Shown: piece after piece, positions 38,860 to 51,109 of the stretch
Position numbering within the stretch: the first letter of the stretch is position 1
How the letters are laid out: each line of letters begins with the position of its first letter
Assembly (NCBI RefSeq): GCF_035084215.1
Contig: NC_090325.1
Coordinates: 162,440,001-162,504,000, forward strand
From: Heptranchias perlo
Lineage: Eukaryota
Reading direction: 5' to 3'
DNA length: 64,000 nucleotides
The notes under the pieces: generated by a model
Database searches by the model: none
What the model saw: only the letters and a program-made list of their open reading frames with translations
Told to the model about the DNA's origin: nothing
Program-made: the position numbers and the translations under genes

Positions 38860-39126
38860 TAATTGTGGTCAATAGATATATGACTTACTTTCAGGTGCAT
38901 CCTTTTGTCTTTTAAAAAGTCCACACTCAAAGACAAAATAGCTAGCATCTGGTTTCTATACTGAAGCTACTTCTTAAAATGGACCAGAAAATAATCTGGA
39001 GTTATTTAAGGAAACAAACTAATAAGACAGGCAAAACAGTTTACTGTTTCATTTTGTTTAAGCATATAGATCAGACCAAGTGAGCAGCTGCAACACTAAA
39101 GAGAGATCATAGAAGTAGACAGTCTC
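38860..39126 (+). promoter_or_regulatory. Putative JCHAIN promoter / 5' UTR
   Basis: Non-repetitive DNA directly upstream of the ATG; MEF2-like GTTATTTAAG at ~39001, IRF-like TGTTTCATTTT at ~39045, weak TATA-like CATATAGA at ~39063, E-box CAGCTG at ~39085. Motifs are imperfect and the TSS is not determined. Confidence 0.4.
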
Positions 39127-39193
39127 ATGATGAAGAGTAAACATATGCTGGGGCCACTAGCAGCAATTCTACTTTACACAGCTCTTGCAGCAG
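39127..39193 (+). CDS. JCHAIN: Immunoglobulin J chain, exon 1 (signal peptide MMKSKHMLGPLAAILLYTALAA)
   Basis: Basic N-terminus, hydrophobic core, ALA-A cleavage-type end; donor CAG|GTAAGG, phase 1, matches exon 2. Confidence 0.85.
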
Positions 39194-39719
39194 GTAAGGT
39201 TTTTAATTATTATTATATCTTGTATTACGGCATATGATGAGTAAATTTTCCTATTTTGTTAGCCAGTAGGGATATAGGAAGACTAGGGTCTTCTCCATGA
39301 TAATTAGACATACCAGCAGTAGAATTATTCTATCTGGGGATACTAGTATGTGCATTCGCAGAAGGTCATAGAAATAGATTTAGTATGGATTGAATTTTCA
39401 GAGTTAATGAAGGAACAATTATATTGTGTATCATGTTGTGTAATCTCTTTGCTGTAAACTAAAGGGGAAAAGGTCATTTTTTGCACACTTTGGTCACAGA
39501 CAAAAACAACTATAATTTTTAACTTACCTGACAGTTATTTCTACCATGTCTGAACAAGCATTTCAAATGTGTCTGTCAGCTCTAATGTTAAAGAATTTTT
39601 AGTTTCTCATCACTGCAAGATAGTTACAGATTAAGCAATAGCTACAGTGGCCACCTGTTACTGTGTATGTCAAAATGTACAGGAGTATTACCTCCTGGTC
39701 AGAGACCCTTCATTTAGTG

Positions 39720-40010
39720 GACTGAGCTGTTTTAGTGGTTGAGGAATAAATGTTAGGCAGGACACTGGGGAGAACTTCCCTGCTCTTCTTCCAGTGGTGT
39801 CATGGGAACTTTTATGTCCACCTATGAGGGCAGGTGATGCTTTGGTTTAGAGTTGACACCTGACGAAGGAGAAAGCCTCCGAAAGCTTGTGATTTTCAAA
39901 TAAAACAGTTGGACTATAACCTGGTGTTGTAAGATTCCTTACATTTGTCAACCCCAGTCCATCACCGGCATCTCCACATCTTGGTTTAGAGTGTCATTCT
40001 GAAGATGGAT
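39720..40010 (-). mobile_element. Deu-SINE fragment hosting a Penelope insertion
   Basis: Matches the core of the SINE at 18196-18645 (GGGGAGAACT.CCCTGCTCTTCTT...TCCACCT). Confidence 0.65.
39854..39980 (+). mobile_element. Penelope-like terminal fragment with minimal hammerhead motif (39857-39891)
   Basis: CAC-CTGACGA-aGGAG aaagc CTCC-GAAAGCTT-GTG; same end sequence as 6706-6831; 12-bp TSD TTGGTTTAGAGT at 39842-39853 and 39981-39992. Confidence 0.85.
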
Positions 40011-42122
40011 GAAAGTGACAATACAAGATCCTCTATACAATGTTCTAAATCATACTAAGAGGCATGTTTTAAAAATATTATGGTATAAAATGGTTTCTTG
40101 ATAAGGGAGGAATCCATATACAATGTATGTTATATCAGAGCTATGATACGTTAAGGATTACCACAGTCATTCTTGAGACAGTCCTTAGGTTGCACATGAT
40201 AGTGGCCTATGAACAGTTTTGCCTCTGATTTTCTCTCTCCGATGGATTAGTGCCTTCTGCTCAGTGCCTTCTAACAGCAATTGATGAGGTTAAAAGCTGC
40301 AATGTGAGGATAAAGCTTTCAGTAACACACTGCACGCACTAGTAATTTAATTTATTAACCATGATACTTCATTAGTCAGATGGTGCCTCTCAGAAGGTAT
40401 TGGATTAATAGGTTCAGTTTTCTATTCCTTCTTGACAGGAAGTAACCTGGCTCTGCTAGATACTTTATTTGGACAGCACAGCTGATAAACAATTTCTTGT
40501 ATCATAGATTTTTTTTAACACACATTTAACCCTTCAGTGATTCAATGAGTTAGTATATTAACATGCCAATGCATTGACAGTCAGCTAATCTCCACTTAGT
40601 TATCTCACACAAATATCAGAAAAATTGTCAGATCAGGCCCTGAAATGAGCTGAATGGTCATTCTGGTTCTAAGTCAAGGCCTTTGTTAAAATTTAAAAAT
40701 GGAAAAGATACAGATGCTGATAAATTTATTGTGGTTTACGATTACTGAAAATTCAGAAAGTGGCATGAGTGTTTGAGTTCAAAGTCTTCTGAATTTAACT
40801 TGTCTATTTTGTAAACAAAGACAAATCATGATAAGCTCATCAGCATTTGTGCCATTGCCTGTTTTAACTTTATCCAACAGCTTTGCCATTCTCCTGTAAC
40901 AAATTTGATATTGTAATTGACTCAAGGCTGGCTGGGAATGCAGTACATTGGCATATTAATGTGGTAGGAAAGGAGCAACAGAGCAGCAGTGTGACTGAAA
41001 TGTAATTTCATGCAATCCAGACAAGTCCATTGGTTCCAAAACTAAGTGAACGGCACCAGTAGTGAGCAAAGTACCCACTCTGGAATGCAAATGTTTGTCA
41101 CAGATACTAAGATGGAAAACTTTAATGACCTGAAAATACAAAACTATTTTCATAACTAGGCTATTAAAATTCAAAATCTAAAACTTGCCACAATTAAAAT
41201 AATTACAATAAAATTAAAGATTGGTACAAACTTTGATAAATCAAAACAATTATTTTTTAAAGAAACAAAAGTTTTCAACAAAAACATCAAGGTTTGTGAA
41301 AAGTTGAAAAATGATAACAAAAACAATGAAATACAATTTCAAAATACAGAAATATAAAAAATCAACAAGCTTGCAGTAAAATGCACAAAACTAAGATATC
41401 AAATTGTAGAACCATACATAAAACTATTTAAAAAACTAAATTCTGCTTCTGAGCTTAAAAAAACTCCAATAATTTCAAAAAGTCCAAAAGATGTAAGAAA
41501 ATACATGTGTTGTTTCATGAAAATGAACTCAAGTCAATTCATGCTGTTCTTTTTTTTTAAAGAGAATTGTATATTGCTTTTTAAATTTTGTGTTAGCTGC
41601 AGAACAGAAAATGTTCTAATTTCTGGCATTTCCAAGTTCCCTCTACCCAAACATTATGCCTTAACCCCAATCTCAAAAGTACGCATTCTACTGCACCAGT
41701 GCAATTTCCATTTCCCATATCAGCCATTTGGCTTCTCCAAATAAGATAGCCAATTGTGGGACAATTTTGGTTCAGCGCTTATGTCAGTGGGTATAGATTT
41801 AATCTATTAGGGGCTTGGGAGGGGAAAAACCACACAGTAATTCAAAAAGTTAGAGAAAAAGACCGGCAGAACATATGACCAGGATTACCCAAATAAGAGT
41901 CCTATACACAAATACACATAGCATGAAAAATAAAACGAATGAGAAGCACAAATTCAGCTTAAAGGATATGACATAGTAGCCATTACAGAAACCTGGCTAC
42001 AAGATGGGCATAATTGGGAGCTGAATATTTTAGGCTATAAGATCTTTAGAAATAACAGGGAAATTGGGAAAGGAGGAGAAGTAGCAATATTGATAAAAGA
42101 CACAATTAGCAGTAGAGATAAA

Positions 42123-43179
42123 GGGCTCAATTTTGAAATGGTGGCATGGTGGCACAGTGGGGGGGAGGGTGGGGGTTGAGGGTGCGCATGGCAAACCCAA
42201 ATAAAAAAAACATACCTTTTCCGACGCAATCGCGATGTAATTGATGGTGATTAAAGTTATTTCTGAGTTTCGCGCCCGGCAGCCAGTCTGTGGCAACCCC
42301 AGAAGTCGGCAGGTTGGAGCCGGCTTCCGAACCCACTCGGGATTTTCGCAGCCCTCCCCCCCCCGCCCCCCTGCCCGCCCCCAACGCAACAGCAATTTGA
42401 TTTTAAAATTGAGCCCAAGGGATTTCAGTAAGGGTGATCAGGCAAAGAATGCAAGACTCTGGCAGGCTGGCTGCCGACAGGAGCTGCAATGCCGAGGAGG
42501 GGGGGAGGAGAGAAAGAGGAGAGAGAGATGTCATCCGGCGCTGGGAGAGTGGAGGGCGCTGAAGATCGGGGAGGAGAGGGGAAAATCGGGGGGGAGGGGG
42601 AGAGAGGAAGATCGGTGGGCAGAGTGGAAGATCAGGTGGGGAGAGGGGAAGATCAGAGGGAGATCGCGGGGGGAGAGGGAAAGATCGGAGAGGGACATTG
42701 GGGGGGGAGAGGAACATTGGAGAGGGAGACATCAGGGGCTTAGGAGGACTTCGAAGAGGGAGACTTCGGTCATCAGAGCAGGGTGGAAAGTTAGATTTAT
42801 TTTGTTTTTTAACTTTGTGCAATGGTTTTTTATTTAACTAATTTAGTTTATTTTTGCCTGATCCGGCCCTTCACAGGTATGAATCGGAAGCTGTCGGAAA
42901 GCCACCCAGGTAAGTTTAAAATCGTTTTAACTATCTACTATGTCAGAAAAAAAGTACCTTAAGTACCTCAATGAAGTATATTTTGTTCTTTAACTATCAT
43001 CCCGCCGGCTTTAATTGCCAGCGGGACGTCCAGATTTGTGAAGCGCACGCACACAGGCGCGTCTGTGGCAACCCCGGAAGTCGGCGGGTTGGAGCCGGCT
43101 TCCAAACCCGCTCGGGATTTTCGCCATTTTCGCACCCCCGCCCCCAACACACCCGCAATTTGATTTTAAAATTGAGCCC
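42123..43179. mobile_element. MITE with TIRs GGGCTCAATTTT / AAAATTGAGCCC (extra internal copy of the right end)
   Basis: 12-bp TIR at 42123-42134 and 43168-43179; second right TIR at 42406-42417. Confidence 0.8.
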
Positions 43180-43404
43180 AAGGGATTTCAGTAAAGGTGA
43201 TCAGGCAAAGAATACAAGTCACTGGTAGGAGTTGTCTACAGACCTTTTCATAATAGTGATGTAATGGGAGGATGTGTAAATACGGAGATCAGGGAAGCGT
43301 GTCACAAATACAATGTGGTTATAATGGGAGATTTTAATTTTCACATAGACTGGGGGAAACAGAATAATTTCTAGAATATATTCAAGACTGTTTTCTAGAA
43401 CAGA

Positions 43405-45050
43405 GGGGGTGGAAATTGGTTAAGGGTCCGTTCTGGGCGATGTTCGCGACACCCCGCGCCCAACAGACCCTGGGCAGGCAAGACGCAAGTTTGGTCCCAA
43501 GGGAGCACTTACCTACAATCAGCCTTCCTTTCCAGGCCTTGCATGTGGAATCAATGCAATTCACACTTTCCACCACCAGATGGAGCTCCATCTCTTAAAG
43601 GGAGGATGTTTCTTAGAAATCTCTTAAAGGTAGCTTGTACCTGGTATTTGCTGAAAATAACAGTCCACTGTCTGCACGGAGTCTGAATATACATCAGACA
43701 TCGCATACGTAAAACACAGATGCAGATCCCATCCCTATGTTTACACACTGATGAGTTATGTTAAAACATTGAATAAAGTTGCGCATTACTAAATCCCACA
43801 TCCTCCAATCTGCACACCAGACCTCACCAATCTGCCGATCTGAGTTTGTACCAGGCCTGCGAGAGTGCGTGCACCAAGGTTCTCTGCTGATGCACTAGAG
43901 ACCTTGGGTGCAAGAGGTGGACAGAAGGAGGGACATCCTATATCTGCAGTGGGCGGGGGGGGGGGCTAGTGGCAAGAGGCCCTCCAGACATATACTCAAA
44001 AGGCAGTGGGAGGCAGCGGGGGACGAAGTCAATGCCAGGCGCACAGCATCATGAACATGGATGCAGTGCAGGGAGAAGTTCAATGCTTTGATATGAGTGG
44101 GCAAGGTGAGTGAGGTCAACTGTCAAGTGACGTCTCCTACCAACTGCACCACGCACTACATCCCCCCATCTCCCACATACCAATAAACTCTTTCCATCAG
44201 TACTCAACTCTTCCAATCAGATGCTTCCTCCCGCCCTTACACATTACCACTGTTTCAAGCCGCCCACCCACAACTCACAGGCCACACATACTGGCACATC
44301 ACCCAGCCACATGACTCGCTTTCTTGCAGGAGAAGGTGGCGCATATCAAGAGGCAGCAAGTGGCAGTGGCATTTAACCCCTCGAGCCTGTTCCACCATTC
44401 AGTGAGATCATGGTGGACCTGTGACCTAACTCCATATACTCGCCTTAGCCCCATATCCCTTAATACCCGTGGTTCACAGAAATCTATCAATCTCAGATTT
44501 AACATTCACAAGTGAGCTAGCATCAACTGCCGTCTGCAGAAGAGCGTTGCAAACATCTCCCATCCTTTGCATGTAGAAGCATTTCCTAACTTCACTCTGC
44601 ACGTCCTGGCTCTAAATGTTAGGCTATGTCCCCACGTCCTAGTATTGAAGCCTAGGAGACCTCCAAAAACAGTTACAAATGTTTCGGCAGCCAGAGGCAA
44701 TAATCCAGCCACTAACCAGTAAACCCTGCATGGTACCTTTAAATAGCGCCGGTTGGGGGTCCTCCAGCACTCTAAGACATGTTCAGATGATCGGGGTTAA
44801 GACTATGCGTTGAGTTGAGCGTTAAGTCCCAAAATGGTGTTTATCACTTTAAATCAGCGTTGCACACTGATTGAAGCCATTTTCTCCCTACTTTACATGA
44901 TTCCAGCGTTTCTTATCTGCGCCTATACCAAGATGGCGTCTGGCACACGTCACGCAAGAAAGGTGCGTGCACATCCAAGACGCCATCTTGGATGTCGGAG
45001 AGGCCGTGTAACGCCGAAACAATGGGCGCTACACGGCCCAATTTAGCGCC
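43405..45050 (+). mobile_element. Harbinger family B, non-autonomous (Myb/SANT exon remnants plus captured CR1 3' fragment)
   Basis: Ends GGGGGTGGAAATTGG / CCAATTTAGCGCCC; APRFSADALETL..QEVDRRRDILY..QCREKFNAL; CR1 3' end on - at ~44370-44645. Confidence 0.8.
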
Positions 45051-46744
45051 CAATATGTTTTAGAACCGACAAGTGAACAGGACATACTAGATTTAGTAAT
45101 GAGTAACTGACCAGAATTAGTTAACAATCTGATGGTGAGAGAACATCTTGTGAATAGTGATCATAATATGATTGAAGTTGATTTTAATTTTGAGAGAGTG
45201 AAAGGAAAGTTACAAACCAATGTACGGCAAACTTCGAATGGATGAGAAATAAATTGACCACAGTAAACTGGGCTGAGCAGTAATGAGTAAACCTACAGAC
45301 AAACAGTGGAAAGTATTCAAAGAAGTATTTGGTATGATACAAAACCAGTATATATCCCTAAAAGGCAAAGCTACACTTGTGTAGTTAAGCAACCATGGTC
45401 ATCAAATAAGGTAAGAGACAATATAAAACTAAAAGAAAAGGTTTTCACAAATTCAAGGAAAAGTAAAAATCCAGCGAACTGGGAGAGCTATATAAGAAAG
45501 TAATAAGTGCAAAAAATGAATATGAAAAAAAAATTGCAAGAGATATCAAAGCTAACAGCAAAAGTTTTTATAAGCATATTGAGAGAAAGGGTGGTAAGGG
45601 GGAATGTGGGGCCATTAAAGACAGATGCAGGTGAGACTATAATGAAAATTAAGTAAATGGCAGTCTTGTTAAATGAATACTTTGTATCCATTTTCACAGC
45701 GGAGAAAGAGGACACAATATCAACGGTACAAGGAAACCTTAATTGAAGTCAAAAGGGAGGAACTTAGTAAATATAATATACATTTTTAAATGGTAATGGA
45801 GAAAATAATGGGACTTATGATAGACAAATCTCCAGGACATAATGGCTATTACCCCAGGGTATTAAAAAAATTGGTGAGGAAATTGTAGGCTCATTAGTCA
45901 TAATTTTCCAAAGCTCTCTTGATTCAGGAAGTGTACAGAGAGAGGTTGGGGAACAATGAGCTTCAGCGCTGCGGTGCTCAGGGGTTTCAATAAAAACATG
46001 ACCCAGGGCCACACTCACTTCCTCCCAGAGGTCTCCTTCACCTTCCTCTCTGCAGGATTTGTAAAGGTTATTTTTTCCTCTTTATATCAGGTAACTGCAG
46101 ATCTGTCAGTTTAGCATCAGTTGTGGGGAAGTTATTGGAATCTATCATCAGGGACAGTGTGACTGAGCACTTGAACAAGTGAGTCACTATGGATTTGTGA
46201 AGGGTAGGGTACATACGACTAACCTAGCTGAATTTTTTGAGAAAGTCACTAGCGTAGTGGATAGGGGACTGCCTTTGGACGTTGTCTATATGGATTTCCA
46301 GAAGATGTTTGATAAGGTTCCACACAAGAAATTATTAGGAAAAATGAAAACAAATTGGAGGTAACAGTGTGATATGGGTTGGTAATTGATTCGGAGGTAG
46401 GAGACAGAGAGTAGGGATAAAAAAAATGTTCTCTGATTGACAGGATGGGACAAGTGGTGTTCCCCAGTGATCTGTATTGGGGCATCAGATACTATATATA
46501 TCAATGACTTGGATGAAGGAATAGAGAGTTATATATGCAAGTTTGCAGATGACACAAAGTTAGGAGGCTCAGCAAGTTGAGTAGATGGGAGCAGGAAATT
46601 ACAAAGTAACATTGATAGATTAAATGAATGGACAAAGCTGTGGCAGATGGAATTTAATATGAGGAAGTGTGAGGTCATCCACTTTAGATCCGAGGAAGAC
46701 AAATCAGAATATTTTCTTGATGATATTTGTATTTCATCATACCA

Positions 46745-47125
46745 GACCACATCCTAGTGAATCTACATTGTACCCTTTCCATAGCCTCAATATCCTTCCT
46801 AAGTGTGAAGTCCAATGTTGCACTCAGTATTCTAACAGAGGTCTTATTAAGGTTTTATATCTCATCATTACCTCTTGGCTTTTATAGTCTATACCTCCTG
46901 AGGTAAAACTTAGAATTTCTTTATCATTTTTTCAGCCTTATCAACCTGAGGTGCTACCTTTAATGTCCTGTGAATCTATACCCCCAAATCTCTCTGCTGT
47001 TCCACAGCATTGAGCTTACCTCTATTCAGAGTATTAGTACCAAAATGCATCACCTCACACCTACTGACATTGAATTCCATTTGACACTTTTTAGCCTCCT
47101 TCTTATCAATATCCCTTGGCAGTTT
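46745..47125 (-). mobile_element. CR1 fragment
   Basis: QMEFNVSRCEVMHFG, EQQRDLGV in minus ORF 46976-47161. Confidence 0.75.
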
Positions 47126-47691
47126 CCTTTGTTGTGAAGGAGACAGTAATTTAATAAACAATCACGTGAGTAGTTTATAATCTCAATCCTATTCCAGAAT
47201 GTACCTTGGTATATTATTTTTTAGAATAACAGTTTCTTCCTGTTACATGATACTGATGCTGGGTAGCTCTGGCACCCACAGTAACTTCTGTGAAAGCAAG
47301 TTTCTTATTAGTAGTTGCCGATGAGGTCTGGTCTCAGGGATGGTGTTGGTGGTCACCTAGAATGCTTAATGCATTGGCCCTACTGGTCAGCTGCTTTTCC
47401 TTTCCAACCCTTCTGGTTGAGGCCTGACACTGCCATAACTAGTCCACCAAGTGCTTCTGTTAAATAGCATTCTTCCCCGAAATTCACTCTGACAGTGAGA
47501 CAGTGTATGCATCTGAGAAGTAGAGCTATCGTGTCCTCACACTCTGAAACCAAACTATTACCCGTACTGGTGAGGCAATTAATGTGTGAACTGAGCTTAC
47601 AACTGGGCTTTCAATACAGGAAACACTAGTTCCTCATTTGTAATAACAGTGCTTCAGATTTAGAGAGCAATAACCATGTCTATCTTCACAG

Positions 47692-47818
47692 CTGACTCTG
47701 AAAGCCACCTTCTAGTCGAATCGAAATGTAAGTGTTTGAAGGTGACATCCAGGATAGTCGTTACTGACACTCCTAATGGTGGACAACAGGAGCATCTCGT
47801 GAGAGATATAAAAATTGT
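47692..47818 (+). CDS. JCHAIN: Immunoglobulin J chain, exon 2 (ADSESHLLVESKCKCLKVTSRIVVTDTPNGGQQEHLVRDIKIV)
   Basis: Acceptor TCTTCACAG|, donor |GTAAGT; aligns to human LVDNKCKCARITSRII...VERNIRII. Confidence 0.95.
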
Positions 47819-50158
47819 GTAAGTAGATGCATTGTTGTACCCTGATCATATTCACCACACAGCAAGAAAATGGAATGGCATATTACCAGTTACTGATTGT
47901 AGGCAGTTTTGTGCTGTGAACATATGTCCACAAGAAAATGGGTTCAGTCTAATGGATCCTTAAAACATAGAGGAGATAATCATCACATCAATTAGGACTG
48001 GATCCCAGGTATAGCACAGTTCTTCTGTCGGGAACGCATATCAGGAATTTTGACAAAGAACCCCCCCCCCCCAACAATTTTATGTCCAAGTTGAGCATGG
48101 AGGCCAGCAAATCTGTAAAATCTACTCCTACATTTCTACTTCTGCATGCAAGAGACAGAATTCTAGGGAATGCTACTGCCTCAAAGAGAGTTCAGAGGCA
48201 GGAGAAGCAATGTGCACAGCTTTGGTGCTATTATTCTTGCAGTCTTTTTCCTAAATAAATTCTATATTTCTCTAAGGAGCAAATCCAAGAGCTGCAAACT
48301 GTTGTTGCACTGAACTAAAAATGGAAAACAGTGACATCCACAGTCAGGATTACTGCAGGTAGTTGAACTTGCCTTCACTGGATGAATAGTTAGTTGTTGT
48401 TCAGGTTGCTGGACAAGGTGCTGTGTGAGCAGTTCATGGAGGTGTAGCGACCATAAGAAGTGGAAAACAGCTGATACCAGCTGATCACAAAATAAAAAAC
48501 AGGACCAACCGTTAAACACACTTATAAAACCTTTGCCTTTCGCTTCCGACTACTTCTACGTGGTGCATCCTCTGTGGCTGCAGCAGAGGTAGTGGCAGGT
48601 TGCTCTTGTTCATGCCCTGATCGCTTAGATGCTTTGGGCCTACGCCCTCTGGGTTTTGGTGCCCGTGAGGCCCCCTCCAAAGATTGCTCCACCTGCACCT
48701 GTGCAGGGGCAGACTCGGCCACCTGGAGAGGAGACAGCATTGCGGGTACTGGTTGAGAGGGGGGCAACGGGTGAGATGTGGGAGCGCTTTGAGCACCTCC
48801 TGCTCCATGTTCCCTTTCGCCATCATCCTTCCCCTGGGCCAGGCCCATATCACTCCCACCACTCTGCTGGATGACAGTTTGGAGGACATGTGTGAAGCCT
48901 TGTAAGGCCAGTGCTAGTGTATATGCCTGGGTGTTTAAGGCAGCAGAATGTTGTTCACTGTGAGTCCGAACGGCCATTGTCAGAGCCTGAATGGGCTCAT
49001 TTGTGAGCCGTGCTGGAAGTTCAATGGATGCTAGCCTACTCTCCATCACACACAGTCCCACACTTACCCGTGACAGTATCTCAGGGAGCTGCTCATGTCC
49101 CAGTGACACTATCTCAGAGATTCCCTCACGTCCCTGTGCCACCATTCCACTCATGCAGGAGTTGGATTCCTCCATCTTCTGTGCTATTGAGGTGCTGAAG
49201 ATGGCAAAGCATGTTAACATCAATTCATATTGTGTGTGCTGAATGTTAAGGTTATGCCACCAGACGTTTGTTGGGTGCCAGTCTCGGTGTCCCTGTCGGA
49301 CGGGCACTCGAGGGTTCGGCTAAGTTCCAGCGCCTCCTGCTCCGTGTCTGTGAGGACAACGATTTCTGGTGGCCCCACTCCAGTCCTCGCCCTCTCTTGT
49401 GCATTCTGAGCTCTCTTCTCCTATAAGGGGAGAAAGTACAGACATGTGAGTGAGTGATGGTGACGTGGCCAACCAATAAATGCATTGGTTTGGGTGTGGC
49501 TGACTTTGAATGAGATGCCTGAGAGGGTGAGTATGAGACAGAGCCATGACATTGTATGAGGATTGGGTTGAGTGATAGTGGTGGGGTGACTAATAGGGAG
49601 GTGAGGAATTGCTGAGGAAGTGCAGGTAAGTTGAGGGTGAGCCTTAAGTGGGTGTGGGGAGGGATGCGATAGAGTAGTGTTGGCAGGGCAGAATGAGTTG
49701 GGGGGTGGGGGCGGTGATGTGGAAGACGGAATGTAGGAGAATCAGTAAGTGTACTCACTTTGACTGACCTAGTTAGGTCATTGCTTCCTGCAATGGATCC
49801 AGGTGCGGGATATGTTGCTGCTGATGGTGACCTCCTCTGCCACCTAGAGCCAGGCCTTGGCGGCAGAGGCAGGCCACTTCCTCCCGTCCAGCGGGTAAAA
49901 CACATCCCTCCTCCTCCTCACCCCATCCAGTAGCACCTGGAGTGAGGCATAATTGAAACTTAGAGCAGTCTTGCCTATGTGCTGCTCCATTGTGGTGTGA
50001 GGGTGTTTGCTCCAGGAAAAGTTAGAGTTTGTGGATTCTAGAGTCTCTGTTGTGTAGTGGGGGACTGCTGTTCAGCAAGGGCCCTTGAGTATACCTTTTA
50101 ATTGAAGTGAAATTGGTGGGATTCATTTAATTTGAATTAATTAGTTAAAGGGTAAGTC

Positions 50159-51109
50159 ATGTCAGGACAGCCCAGCCCCGTGTTATGCTCTTCCTGCTCT
50201 ATGTGGGAAATCAGGGACCCTTCCGGTGTCCCTGACGACCATGTGTGCGGGAAATGTATCCAGCTGCAGCTACTGACAAACCGCATTGCGGCACTGGAGC
50301 TGCGGATAGATTCATTAAGGAGCATTCGCGATGCTGAGAACGTCGTGGATAGCACGTTTAGTGAGATGGTCACACCGCAGGTAAAGGTTGTACAGGCAGG
50401 AAGTAATTGGGTGACCACCAGGCAGAGTAAGAGGAGCAGGCAGGCAGTGCAGGGGTCCCCTGTGGCCGTCCCCCTCTCAAACAAATATACCGCTTTGGAT
50501 ATTGTTGAGGGGGATGACTTATCAGGGGAAAGCAGCAGCAGCCAACTTCCTGGCACCAGGGGTAGCTCTGCTGCACAGGCTGGGAGGAAAAAGAGTGGAA
50601 GAGCTATAGTGGTAGGGGATTCTATCGTAAGGGGAACAGACAGGCGTTTCTGTGGCCGTAAACGTGACTCCAGGATGGTTTGTTGCCTCCCTGGTGCCAG
50701 GGTCATGGATGTCACTGACTGGCTACAGGGCATTCTCAAGGGGGAGGGTGAGCAGGCAGAGGTCGTGATCCACATTGGGACCAACGACATAGGTAGGAAG
50801 GGAGATGAGGTCCTGCATCAAGAATTTAGGGAGCTAGGTAGCAGATTAAAGAGCAGGACCTCAAAGGTTGTAATCTCTGGATTACTCCCAGTGCCACGGG
50901 CTAGTGAGTATAGAAATAGGAGGATAGAACAGATGAATGCGTGGCTAAAGAGTTGGTGCAGGAGGGAGGGTTTCAGTTTCCTGGATCACTGGGCCTGCTT
51001 CTGGGGAAGGTGGGACTTGTACAAGTCGGACGGGTTGCACCTGATCCAGAGCGGGACAAATATCCTTGCGGGGAGGTTTGCTAACACTGTTGGGGGGGGT
51101 TTAAACTAA
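50159..51109 (+). CDS. CR1 ORF1p: zinc-finger/coiled coil plus SGNH esterase
   Basis: CSSC..CGKC, leucine-zipper-like segment, GDSIVRG, HIGTND, DGLHL; 316 aa uninterrupted. Confidence 0.92.
   Translation: MSGQPSPVLCSSCSMWEIRDPSGVPDDHVCGKCIQLQLLTNRIAALELRIDSLRSIRDAENVVDSTFSEMVTPQVKVVQAGSNWVTTRQSKRSRQAVQGSPVAVPLSNKYTALDIVEGDDLSGESSSSQLPGTRGSSAAQAGRKKSGRAIVVGDSIVRGTDRRFCGRKRDSRMVCCLPGARVMDVTDWLQGILKGEGEQAEVVIHIGTNDIGRKGDEVLHQEFRELGSRLKSRTSKVVISGLLPVPRASEYRNRRIEQMNAWLKSWCRREGFSFLDHWACFWGRWDLYKSDGLHLIQSGTNILAGRFANTVGGGLN

Larger units (their letters stand above)
41880..46720 (+). mobile_element. Old CR1 ORF2, heavily decayed, interrupted by a MITE and a Harbinger
   Basis: Collinear remnants YDIVAITETWLQ (~41970), MGDFNF (~43325), SDHN (~45155), KFADDTK (~46540). 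Confidence 0.8.

Noticed and set aside
41200-41500. A-rich tract
   Set aside because: Low complexity, no periodic unit or coding signal
48277-48358. Exon-like segment (AG...GT, 82 nt, Cys-rich frame) in JCHAIN intron 2
   Set aside because: Splicing after exon 2 gives a stop within 12 codons, and the true 81-nt exon 3 is at 57045-57125; at most a cryptic exon
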